From: an uncultured bacterium
Lineage (GTDB): Bacteria > Gemmatimonadota > Gemmatimonadetes > JACCXV01 > JAHWKZ01
Assembly (NCBI GenBank): GCA_965365605.1
Contig: CBDUCI010000001.1
Span: 1-42,943 of the forward strand
Direction: 5' to 3'
Length of the DNA: 42,943 nucleotides
This document shows, in pieces, positions 7,031 to 15,523 of the stretch (within the stretch, counting starts at the first letter, position 1; every line of letters begins with the position of its first letter). Made by a program: the position numbers and the translations under genes. Under the pieces are notes generated by a model. It was not told the origin of the DNA. It did no database searches and saw only the letters and a list, made by a program, of their open reading frames with translations.

Positions 7031-8467
7031 CTAGCGCTTTTGGCCGCTGTGTTGCCGGGGTGCACTCCGGCGGCCACACGCGGCGCGCGCGCGCCAGTGG
7101 CGGCACTAGTCCGCGCCATCGACGGGCTGCTAGCCGACTCGACGTTGGCCGCAGCCGGCTCCGCAGTCGTCGTCGTATCGCTCGACAGAGGCGACACCCT
7201 CTACGCCCGCGAGGTGGACCGACTTTACACACCGGCGTCCAACCGTAAGCTGTTCATCGCGGCTACGGCGCTTCATTACCTGGGTCCCGATTTCCAATTT
7301 CGGACGCCGCTGATCGCGAGCGCTCAATCGTGGGGCGACACACTAAACGGCGATTTGGTTCTAGTCGGTCGTGGTGATCCCGACCTGACCACCGACGGGC
7401 TCGCGTCACTGGCGGATTCGGTGCTTTCCCGAGGGATCCGTGTCGTCACCGGCAACATTACGGTCGACGACACGTATTTCGACGATGTCGAATGGGGTTC
7501 GGGCTGGATGTGGGATGACGGCCCGTACTGGTACTGGCCCTACAGCAACGCGTTATCCCTCAACGACAACACCGTGTCTCTCGAGATCGTGCCGGGCGCC
7601 CTAGTCGGCGATCCGATTGGTGTCGAGATGGATCCGTCGACAGCGTACGTCGAGCTCAACGTGGACGCCGTGACGTCATCACCCGACGCCGAGTCGACGC
7701 TCGAGGTCGAGCGCCACTGGACACCCAAAGAAAACGTAATCGACGTAACCGGCTCTCTTCCGGCAGCATCGGAACCGGTGATTGAAATCCGGTCGATCGA
7801 GGATCCCGCGCTGTATGCCGGTACGATCCTCGCAGAGTTGCTCCAGGAGCGTGGGGTCGAACTCCTCGGAACAGTGCAGCGCGGTGCGATCGAAGACACA
7901 GCGATCGATACGCTCGCCATTCACATATCCGACTCCCTCGCGGTGAGCGTACAGAATATGCTGAAAGAGAGCGACAACTTGACCGCCGAACAGTTGGTTA
8001 AGGTGATCGGCGCCGAACTGTCGGGGCCGCCGGGAACGTACGAGTCGGGGCTCGCCGCCGAATATCTATTTCTCGCCAATCACGTTGGCATCGACACGCT
8101 CGCGTTGAAGCTTGCCGATGGATCGGGTGTCTCCCGTTACAACCTCGTCACGGCGGGTCAGATCATGCAGCTGTTGATGCACATGGCTGATCGAACCGAT
8201 ATCGGCGAGCCGTTTCTCGCTGCGCTGCCGATCGCCGGCTTGGATGGCACACTCGAAGAGCGGATGGTCGAAACCGCGGCGGCGGGCGTGGCCCGCGCAA
8301 AGACCGGCTCGTTGTCCGGCGTGTCGTCGCTCTCGGGCTACGTGCCGAGCGCCAACGGAGAACGTTTGGCGTTCAGCATTCTAATGGAGTTTTTCGTGGG
8401 TCCGATCGCACCGCGACGCGCGATCCAGGATTCAATCGTCGCCGCGCTGGCCGAGTTCGCTCGCTGA
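7025..8467 (+). CDS. dacB: D-alanyl-D-alanine carboxypeptidase/endopeptidase, PBP4 (peptidase S13)
   Basis: SxxK (SNRK), SxN (SDN) and KTG (RAKTGSL) motifs in the order and spacing typical of PBP4; N-terminal lipobox LPGC; 480 aa. Confidence 0.85.
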   Translation: MLLALLAAVLPGCTPAATRGARAPVAALVRAIDGLLADSTLAAAGSAVVVVSLDRGDTLYAREVDRLYTPASNRKLFIAATALHYLGPDFQFRTPLIASAQSWGDTLNGDLVLVGRGDPDLTTDGLASLADSVLSRGIRVVTGNITVDDTYFDDVEWGSGWMWDDGPYWYWPYSNALSLNDNTVSLEIVPGALVGDPIGVEMDPSTAYVELNVDAVTSSPDAESTLEVERHWTPKENVIDVTGSLPAASEPVIEIRSIEDPALYAGTILAELLQERGVELLGTVQRGAIEDTAIDTLAIHISDSLAVSVQNMLKESDNLTAEQLVKVIGAELSGPPGTYESGLAAEYLFLANHVGIDTLALKLADGSGVSRYNLVTAGQIMQLLMHMADRTDIGEPFLAALPIAGLDGTLEERMVETAAAGVARAKTGSLSGVSSLSGYVPSANGERLAFSILMEFFVGPIAPRRAIQDSIVAALAEFAR

Positions 8468-8474
8468 CGTCTCC

Positions 8475-9578
8475 CTATTCGTAATGCGACGGCGGGCGCG
8501 CGACCGCGCCGACCCCGGTCGCCTGTAGCCCCAATTCCACCGAGCGTGTCGTTTCGAGCGTTTCGGGGTCAATCTCGTCGACCGCACCGGGCACAACCGC
8601 GTGGCTCTCCATCGACAGGAAGACCTTACCGTCCGGTCCGAACGCAAATGTGTGCGGATGACTTGCACTCGCGGGCCTAGTCGCGATTACCTGCTCGCTT
8701 GCGATGTCGATCACCGAGAACGACTGGTCGTTTCGGTGCGGCACATAGAGTCGTTCGCCCGCCGGATCGGTGCGTAACAGATACGGGCCCTTGCCCACCG
8801 GGATCCGGTTGGTGAACGTGCCAAATTGGGACGTCGGCATGACGCGAATCTCGTCGTGCTTGTGACAGGCGATAAACAACCTTTCGTCATCCCTCGAAAG
8901 CGCGAGACCAGCTGGATAACACACTTTCTCTTCCGCTCGGTCCTCGTCGGTCAGCGTATTGGTCGAATCCACCACCGCGAACGTTGCCACGCTGATCTTC
9001 TTCAGCACGTTGTCCCGGGTGCACGACACATAGACGGACTCACCATCGTTGGAAGCCACCAGACCGTGGGGCTTGGTACAAACCGGGATCTGCTGGACCT
9101 CGGTCATCGTCGGTGTGTGAACGACCGACACCGTGTCGAGTTGTGGGTCACCGTGGAGGTTGTAGTTGGCGACAAAGAGCCACGTTCCATCGGGCGTGAT
9201 CGCCATTGTTGCCGGGAAGAGGCCGACGTTGGTGCGTCCGACGAGGCTGTCTTTTTGCGTCGACATCTTCCACACCGAACCGTAAGGCCAACCGTGAGCG
9301 ATTGACAGATAGTAGTGCTCGCCGTCTGGCGAGACGTCGAGCGCATGGACGCCTTCTATGTCTTCGGTCGAGATTCCGATCGGGATCTTGCGGATGAGCG
9401 CCCCTGCTTGGGGATCCATGATCGCGACCGCGTCCTCCGACTCCAAACCGACAAACAGCACGTAGCCAGCGGTGTCCTGTGGCACGGTTTGGGTGTGGCT
9501 AGCCTGGTCGGTGGATTGGGCACTGGCGCAGGCGGCGTGAGCGAAAAGGATCAAGAGTGCGAGTGGCAACCGTGACAT
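8475..9578 (-). CDS. Secreted beta-propeller repeat protein (YVTN/lactonase-like fold)
   Basis: ATG 9578 is preceded by GGAGGT. Signal peptide MSRLPLALLILFAHAACASAQ. Repeated blades of the type 'G..lyV....d..v.viD'. The track start at 9707 would overlap lysA and adds a non-signal extension. Confidence 0.6.
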   Translation of the reverse strand: MSRLPLALLILFAHAACASAQSTDQASHTQTVPQDTAGYVLFVGLESEDAVAIMDPQAGALIRKIPIGISTEDIEGVHALDVSPDGEHYYLSIAHGWPYGSVWKMSTQKDSLVGRTNVGLFPATMAITPDGTWLFVANYNLHGDPQLDTVSVVHTPTMTEVQQIPVCTKPHGLVASNDGESVYVSCTRDNVLKKISVATFAVVDSTNTLTDEDRAEEKVCYPAGLALSRDDERLFIACHKHDEIRVMPTSQFGTFTNRIPVGKGPYLLRTDPAGERLYVPHRNDQSFSVIDIASEQVIATRPASASHPHTFAFGPDGKVFLSMESHAVVPGAVDEIDPETLETTRSVELGLQATGVGAVARPPSHYE

Positions 9579-9703
9579 CGATGTACCTCCATGATGGCTC
9601 TTCGGCGCGATTTTGATCTCCTTTAATACTACGCGGGTCATTCCGCCCGACCACCAGGGCCTACAGTGGAATACGTTTTGACCGCGAAACAGATTCAATC
9701 GGA

Positions 9704-10966
9704 TCAAGCCTCGAAAGCCTCCAGGTCGACCGCCAAAAGGTCCTCAATCGTTTCCCGGCGACGAATCTGCTCGATCACCCCATCCTCAGTGATCCACACC
9801 TCGGCGGGGCCAGGGTGAGAGTTGTAGTGGCTGACCATCGACATCCCGTACGCCCCGGCGTCGAGTATCGCCAGCGTGGCGCCCGACTCGAGTGGTGGTA
9901 GCGGGCAGCGGCGGGCCAGATAATCGGTCGATTCGCAAATCGGGCCGGCGACATCGGTCGGTTCCAGGGCACCGCCATCCTCTTCGACCGGCCACACGCG
10001 GTGCCGGGCGCCATACAGGGCCGGCCGCAAGAGCGTCGTCATTCCGCCATCGACGATCGCTAGCTGACGATCGGGGCGCGGCTTGTTGTACAGCACCGTG
10101 GTCACCATGCAACCCGCCGGACCAACGAGGAAGCGACCCAACTCGAGCACCAGCTCGGCGCCAGTCGGCCGGATCATGGGCACGATCGCGGCTGCAAAGT
10201 CGGCCACGGCGGGCACCGATTCGCCGGCGTAGGAGATCCCAAAACCGCCGCCTGCGTTGATCCATTTCAGCGGCGCCCCCGCCTCTTGGGCCTGGTTGGC
10301 GCATCGAACGACCTCCTCCAAGCCCTGCTCGTAAGGTCGCATGTCGGTGATCTGGCTCCCGAGGTGCATGTGCAACCCCACCAGCTCGACCTCCGGACGC
10401 TCCAGTACCCAGGTCAGGGCATCCTCGAACTCGGCGGGGATGAGACCAAACTTGTCCATCCCCCGACCGGTCGTGATGTGCGGGTGGGTAAGGGCATCGA
10501 CATCGGGGTTGATCCGCAACGCCACCGGTACTGCCGAGCGCCCCATCGCTTCCGCGAGACGTGTCACTGCCTCGGCCTCCTCGACCGACTCCAGCGTGAT
10601 CATCCAGAGCTTCGACGCCAGCGCCTGCTGGAGCTCGGCTTCGGTCTTGCCGACGCCAGCGAAAACCACCCTTTTTGCAGGCACACCTGCGATCACTGCC
10701 CGGCTGAGCTCGCCCCCCGATACGACATCAAAGCCAACCTCTCGGGTGTTCAGCCATTTTATCAACCGTAGATTCGAGTTCGCCTTGACCGAGTAGCACA
10801 CCTGCGTCGGATAGCCATCAAACGCCTCCCGGACGGCGGCCAGCCGAGCGTCGATCGTGGGGCGGTGGTAAACGTAGAGGGGGGTGCCGAACCTGGAGGC
10901 CAGGTCGGCCAGCGGTACGCCGTCGACGCCGAGTTGGCCGTCGGCGTAAGCGAAGGGAGTAGTCAT
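9704..10966 (-). CDS. lysA: Diaminopimelate decarboxylase
   Basis: PLP-lysine motif CYSVKAN, GGGFGI, and CESTD near the C-terminus; about 420 aa Orn/DAP/Arg decarboxylase family. ATG 10966 (MTTPFAYADGQL...) is preferred over the longer track start. Confidence 0.9.
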   Translation of the reverse strand: MTTPFAYADGQLGVDGVPLADLASRFGTPLYVYHRPTIDARLAAVREAFDGYPTQVCYSVKANSNLRLIKWLNTREVGFDVVSGGELSRAVIAGVPAKRVVFAGVGKTEAELQQALASKLWMITLESVEEAEAVTRLAEAMGRSAVPVALRINPDVDALTHPHITTGRGMDKFGLIPAEFEDALTWVLERPEVELVGLHMHLGSQITDMRPYEQGLEEVVRCANQAQEAGAPLKWINAGGGFGISYAGESVPAVADFAAAIVPMIRPTGAELVLELGRFLVGPAGCMVTTVLYNKPRPDRQLAIVDGGMTTLLRPALYGARHRVWPVEEDGGALEPTDVAGPICESTDYLARRCPLPPLESGATLAILDAGAYGMSMVSHYNSHPGPAEVWITEDGVIEQIRRRETIEDLLAVDLEAFEA

Positions 10967-11049
10967 GGCGCCCAAGTTTGCTGGTGGCCCTCGGCGGGGC
11001 AAAGGGGGTTGGTTGCCCGTTGCGCGAATCAGCGGGTAAATTCGGTTCG

Positions 11050-11952
11050 ATGCCCGGACAATTCCTACGCCATCGCCCCCGTCGGCGGCGTGGTCCGCTC
11101 GCGGTCCTCGTCGGGCTCTCCCTCTTCGGGACAGCTGAGCTGTGGGCCCAGGAAGTCGAGCCGGTCACGCCGGTGGCGCAGACCCAGATCGTTCGGCAGG
11201 CTGCCTTCACGTTGTGGTGGCCGCAGTACGACCGGCTGATGCGACAGTTTGTCCGTAACACACCACCCGATGCCGGCGAGATCGCACTGCCCCTTCCGAC
11301 CCCAAGTGGTTTCTACCGCGAGATCGAGATTCTAGGACGCATTCTCAACCCGGCGTTGGGCCAGGTGGCGTTGTACAGCGTCACCACCGAGGGTGATCTC
11401 TTTCAGGCGTTGTTCGTAGTCGGCGAGTCGAGTCGTGCCTGGCCGCTCGTGAACCGTGCTGACCCGGCGGCTTTCCAGAAGGAAATGTCAAACGCTTACG
11501 TCGACGCCGTCAACGCGCTGCTGGATCGCGAGAGAGTCACTCCGGCGTCCGCAGAAGAGGCGCTCAAGCTGGCCCGTTTCGTGGTCGAGGTGTTCTACAA
11601 CTTCGATTATCGCTACACGCCTGCGAGCGTCGATTCGCTGACATTTGCCGAGCTCAACTTGGTTCGGGTCCTCGAGTCAATCGACGAGATCCCCCAGGGG
11701 TTGCGACGATTCGACTCCGAGGGTGGCAATGCACTACTGTACGGTAAGATCCCAGACCGGGCTCGGAACTCGGTCACACCGCCGAGGGTCCAGCGCGAGG
11801 ATGGGGATGCATTCGACATCGCCTTCTACAGCTGGCACCCCCAGTCTGGCGAGCTGAAACGATGGGAGATCCGCCTTGCCGGCGGTCAGTTTGAATCCCT
11901 CAAGGACCAGACCGTCGAGAAGTGGGCCTCGTTTACAGTCGAAGATTTCTAG
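11050..11952 (+). CDS. Hypothetical secreted protein
   Basis: ATG 11050; Arg-rich n-region plus hydrophobic core (RRRRGPLAVLVGLSLFGTAELWAQE); protein-like composition; no motif I recognise. Confidence 0.55.
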   Translation: MPGQFLRHRPRRRRGPLAVLVGLSLFGTAELWAQEVEPVTPVAQTQIVRQAAFTLWWPQYDRLMRQFVRNTPPDAGEIALPLPTPSGFYREIEILGRILNPALGQVALYSVTTEGDLFQALFVVGESSRAWPLVNRADPAAFQKEMSNAYVDAVNALLDRERVTPASAEEALKLARFVVEVFYNFDYRYTPASVDSLTFAELNLVRVLESIDEIPQGLRRFDSEGGNALLYGKIPDRARNSVTPPRVQREDGDAFDIAFYSWHPQSGELKRWEIRLAGGQFESLKDQTVEKWASFTVEDF

Positions 11953-12425
11953 CTAACGGTCTCAAGATCCTGTTGCCGGTCGCGTTGGCGTTTGGCTGCG
12001 CCGACATAGACAATCCGGACATGGGCCGGGACCAGCGCACCCTGAGAGCCTCCCGGGCCCGTCCCGTCGTGAACCCCGACACGCTGCTACCCGCGGTCCC
12101 CAACGGGGAGCCGATGCCCCCTGCGGAGATGGCCGCTGGCATCCCACCGTACCCGAACGCAACTGTCTATGTGAGGCATCCCGCTCCGCGATCGAGCCAC
12201 TGGCTTCAAGCCTTCACGTTCGACACGTGGGATCAAGTGACGGCGTTCTACGAGGAGAGCCTGCCGGGCTGGAAGGTCACCAGGCAGGCCACGGTGGTCG
12301 TGTTCGAGAAAGAACCCGATCAAGCGGCGATAACGATCTCACCGTGGGCGTATCAAGACCTGCCCGATGACGCGCCGCGTGTGCTGCGAGAAGCGCGCAC
12401 CGCAATCGGCGCTGCCTGGGACTAG
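11922..12425 (+). CDS. Hypothetical lipoprotein
   Basis: Lipobox LAFGC after a positively charged n-region; 167 aa; overlaps the upstream gene by 31 nt; no recognised domain. Confidence 0.5.
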   Translation: MGLVYSRRFLANGLKILLPVALAFGCADIDNPDMGRDQRTLRASRARPVVNPDTLLPAVPNGEPMPPAEMAAGIPPYPNATVYVRHPAPRSSHWLQAFTFDTWDQVTAFYEESLPGWKVTRQATVVVFEKEPDQAAITISPWAYQDLPDDAPRVLREARTAIGAAWD

Positions 12426-12847
12426 GAGAGGTCTAACAGGGGCAGGGCACACTCCGGATCCATCGATCGGTGTAACGGGTCGGCGTACGACACGACTGTG
12501 ATCTCGCACGTGACGCCGACGACTCCGGCCGTCAGGTGACCACCACCGGTGTTGCAGTTGCGATCCGAGATCACCGCGTGGCAGTGGAGCCGGATATCGT
12601 CCTGAAACTGGGATACGTTGCCGATCAGGCTGGCGATCTCCCAGACGCCATCAAACGTCCGCTCGCGATACTGTTTTTCGTAACGATCAAACCACGCCAA
12701 CCGGGGTTGATCGATCGCCCCGATGCCCATCAGCGAGCCGCTTACGACCTCGGCCTCACGAAGTTCATCGGCGATCCCTTCGAGGACCGGCGTTCCCCTG
12801 CCAAGCACGATGACCAGGTGATCGTTGCGGCGGGTCCATGCACTCAC
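12422..12847 (-). CDS. PPC/DUF296 domain protein (predicted DNA-binding)
   Basis: Pattern GSLMGIGAI...RLHCHAVISD...GGGHL is typical of the PPC (DUF296) fold. The GTG start overlaps the upstream stop (GTGA). Confidence 0.7.
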   Translation of the reverse strand: MSAWTRRNDHLVIVLGRGTPVLEGIADELREAEVVSGSLMGIGAIDQPRLAWFDRYEKQYRERTFDGVWEIASLIGNVSQFQDDIRLHCHAVISDRNCNTGGGHLTAGVVGVTCEITVVSYADPLHRSMDPECALPLLDLS

Positions 12848-13845
12848 CGCACGATCTCCTCGGCGACGATAATCGGGTTCCCAGTCAAGGCGCTCCGTCC
12901 AGTGCGTATCGTCCCCGCGACCCGAATCGTCTGGAAGGGTGACAGCTGCTCGAAATCGTCCTCGAGCGCCGGGGGCACGACGACGTACACATGCTGGCGA
13001 CCACCGCTCGGCGATCGAGCTAGGTCGTAGAGCTCACCGAGCTCGAAGTCGGTGCGCCACTCATCGGCCGTTTGGAGCGCGATGTGTTCCAGGATCCAGG
13101 TCACCCGGCGGCCGTTGAACTGGTCCGGAGCGAGGGCGACCGCCGCCGGCGTGGCATCGCCGTCCGACACAGCCTCGACCACGTCGGTCGGAACCCAACC
13201 CTCTACCCGCACCCGGGTCCAGTCGCCACGTGCTTCGAGGGCTGCCAGATCCAACCCTTGGGGCAGGACCGCGATCTCCGGGCCGTCCGGCTCGCGTCGC
13301 ATCTCGACCGACTCGGCCAAGCGTCCGATACTCGTGTTGGACGTACCGCGCGTTGGGGTCCCAGTGGGCGGCGCGGCCTCCGCATCGGTCGCGCTGTCCT
13401 CTTCCGCGACATCAGCCACCGCCACCTCGCGGACCGCCGAGTTTGGCAACCAACCGATCATCTCGATCTCGAACCACCGCCCCTGGGTGCTGACGCGGCG
13501 TACCGCGACGCCGCGAACGAGCGATCCCAGGATTTTGCCATTGGGCCCGGCGCGGACGTTTTCCCGGCGCGGGGTCACGCGATACTGGTCGCCGCTTTGG
13601 GCGAGTGACGGCCGCCACATCCAACCGTGGACACCGACGCGAGTCCAACCCCCGCGGCCCCCGAGTCGCTCGAGTGGAGCCCCGCGGTTGAGGTGACCCA
13701 GCAACCGCCCGGTGCTGCTCCACTTCAGCTCGGTGCGCTCGACGACCACCTCGAGTTGTTGGCTGGGGCCGGCGGCAAGAACGACGACCCCTGACAAAAC
13801 GCCGACCGCGGCCCACGGAGTGGCTTTTCTCCACAACCCTCTCAT
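12844..13845 (-). CDS. Secreted protein with three bacterial SH3-like repeats
   Basis: ATG 13845; hydrophobic leader WAAVGVLSGVVVLAAGP; three copies of a GxWxRVxVxGW-type motif (GGWTRVGVHGWMW, GRWFEIEMIGWLP, GDWTRVRVEGWVP). Confidence 0.6.
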   Translation of the reverse strand: MRGLWRKATPWAAVGVLSGVVVLAAGPSQQLEVVVERTELKWSSTGRLLGHLNRGAPLERLGGRGGWTRVGVHGWMWRPSLAQSGDQYRVTPRRENVRAGPNGKILGSLVRGVAVRRVSTQGRWFEIEMIGWLPNSAVREVAVADVAEEDSATDAEAAPPTGTPTRGTSNTSIGRLAESVEMRREPDGPEIAVLPQGLDLAALEARGDWTRVRVEGWVPTDVVEAVSDGDATPAAVALAPDQFNGRRVTWILEHIALQTADEWRTDFELGELYDLARSPSGGRQHVYVVVPPALEDDFEQLSPFQTIRVAGTIRTGRSALTGNPIIVAEEIVR

Positions 13846-13893
13846 ACGACCATTCTTCGGCTCCCCGAGCCGCTTGTCAACCCGGCGTAGGCG

Positions 13894-14427
13894 GTGCCCT
13901 ATCAAGCCTTAGATTCCCGGACTGTGTCCGCCAACTCCGACCCCAGTTTTCACGTCGTGCTCGTCGAGCCCAGGATTCCCCAAAACACCGGGACGATCGG
14001 CCGGCTTTGCGTAGCCGCCGGGGCGATGCTCCACCTCGTCGGTCCGCTCGGTTTTTCGATCGACGATCGACGAAGGCGTAGAGCCGGCCTGGACTACTGG
14101 CCCGATCTCGAATGGTCGAGGTACGACGACCTGGCGGATTTTCTGCGAACCACTGATCCCGACGAGGAAAGATGCTGGTACACGACAGCACATCACGGAA
14201 TCCCCTACACGCAGGCCGCCTTTCGCCGTGGCGACTACCTGTTCTTCGGTGCCGAGACGGTCGGACTTCCTGCCGATCTCCACGCACCACACCCGAGCCG
14301 GTGTCTACTGATCCCGATGGACGCACGCGCCCGATCGATCAACCTCGCCATCGCCGTCGGTATCGTGGTGTACGAGGGGTTGCGACAGACGGCGTGGCCA
14401 CCTGGACCCGGGGCCACGTTCTCGTGA
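13894..14427 (+). CDS. trmL: tRNA (cytidine/uridine-2'-O-)-methyltransferase TrmL (SPOUT family)
   Basis: FHVVLVEPRIPQNTGTIGRLC N-terminal motif and C-terminal SINLAIAVGIVVYE knot region. GTG 13894 is used; GTG 13924 is an alternative that fits homologue length better. Confidence 0.85.
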   Translation: MPYQALDSRTVSANSDPSFHVVLVEPRIPQNTGTIGRLCVAAGAMLHLVGPLGFSIDDRRRRRAGLDYWPDLEWSRYDDLADFLRTTDPDEERCWYTTAHHGIPYTQAAFRRGDYLFFGAETVGLPADLHAPHPSRCLLIPMDARARSINLAIAVGIVVYEGLRQTAWPPGPGATFS

Positions 14428-14506
14428 TCGCCGGTCAGCCTCGCCCACGGGTGTTATCTTCGTTTCGACGCGCTAAAGAAAACGTCTGGCAGTGATTCTC
14501 CCCGTG

Positions 14507-15523
14507 ATGTCATCTATCCGTTCCACAGTGACCACTCTTGCGGTCGCGTCCGTAGCGGTCGCCGCTGCGATCGGCTGCGGCAAGGGACCCGCGTTTGGTT
14601 CCGACAACGCGATCATCGTTGTCATTCCCGAGCCGCTCGAGTCGAGTCTCACCGACCCGATTCGGCGGAGTTTTGAGCGCACCGTCTTGACGACCCGAGA
14701 CGAGCCGGTCTTTGAAGTCACCTTCACGACACCCGAATCGATCGGCGAGTTCACGAAGTGGAAGCGTTTGGTTATCATCGAGACCAAGGCGGACGCGCTG
14801 CTCCTGCCCGAGCTGGTCGATGTGGGGGCAAGCAGCGAAGTAGTCGAAGAGGTACATGACAAGTGGGCCCGTGACCAAACGATTTATGCCCTGGGAGCAG
14901 ATACCCCGGCCGCGACCTCGGCGCTGGTTCGCAAACAGCTCGACTCGATATACGAGCGCATCCATCAGGATTTTGTCGACTACCACGTCCGGCGCATGTG
15001 GGCGAGCGGCCCGGATTCCTCGTTGGCAGATCAAATGGCTGACGACCTCGGTTTCTCGATCGTGCTGCCCCGCGTCTATCGGCCAGCGCAGGCGTCGGCT
15101 CCCCCCGATACTCGCACGTGGTTCAACGTCGACCCGCGCCGGGTCGTCTCCATTCACTGGGTGCCGGAATCGGCGTCGATGGGGCTCGACCCCGAAAGCG
15201 TGCTCGCGGTGCGCGAGGCGTGGGGCCACGCGCTCTTCCCCGGCGACTCGATCGTGATGCGACCCGACACCACCGGCGCCAACCCGCGGTTGATCGCAAT
15301 CCGATCTCAGCTCGCTGGCCAGTCGGCGATCCGGCTCCTGGGCGTCTGGGAGAACCGCTCTGATGTTTCTGCGGGAGTCTTTCTCACCTACGGCGTGCTC
15401 TGCAACGATCAACTCGTGTTGCTCGATGGCAATCTCTACGCCCCGGATCGAGCAAAATACCCGTTCTTGATCCAACTCGAGCGGATCTTCGAAACGTTTC
15501 GCTGCGCGAGCGGTGCGGCTTGA
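14507..15523 (+). CDS. Lipoprotein, DUF4837-like (tentative)
   Basis: Lipobox AAIGC. The C-terminal pattern LLGVWENRSDVSAGVFLTYGV...LDGNLYAPDRAKYPFLIQLERIFETF resembles DUF4837 lipoproteins as I recall them. GTG 14492 is an alternative start. Confidence 0.6.
   Translation: MSSIRSTVTTLAVASVAVAAAIGCGKGPAFGSDNAIIVVIPEPLESSLTDPIRRSFERTVLTTRDEPVFEVTFTTPESIGEFTKWKRLVIIETKADALLLPELVDVGASSEVVEEVHDKWARDQTIYALGADTPAATSALVRKQLDSIYERIHQDFVDYHVRRMWASGPDSSLADQMADDLGFSIVLPRVYRPAQASAPPDTRTWFNVDPRRVVSIHWVPESASMGLDPESVLAVREAWGHALFPGDSIVMRPDTTGANPRLIAIRSQLAGQSAIRLLGVWENRSDVSAGVFLTYGVLCNDQLVLLDGNLYAPDRAKYPFLIQLERIFETFRCASGAA

Noticed and set aside
6504-7232. Minus-strand ORFs across the repeat array (242 aa with LPSGLL repeats; 157 aa with FRVAFFFL repeats)
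   Set aside because: They are translations of the complement of the Lys/Arg repeat. They have no RBS, they run into the dacB start region, and the plus-strand frame has the RBS, synonymous divergence between repeat copies and a terminator.
15490-15501. Perfect 12-bp palindrome CGAAACGTTTCG just upstream of the dnaE start
   Set aside because: It sits inside the coding sequence of the upstream lipoprotein gene (…ERIFETFRCAS). It is short enough to occur by chance, and no matching second site was seen.
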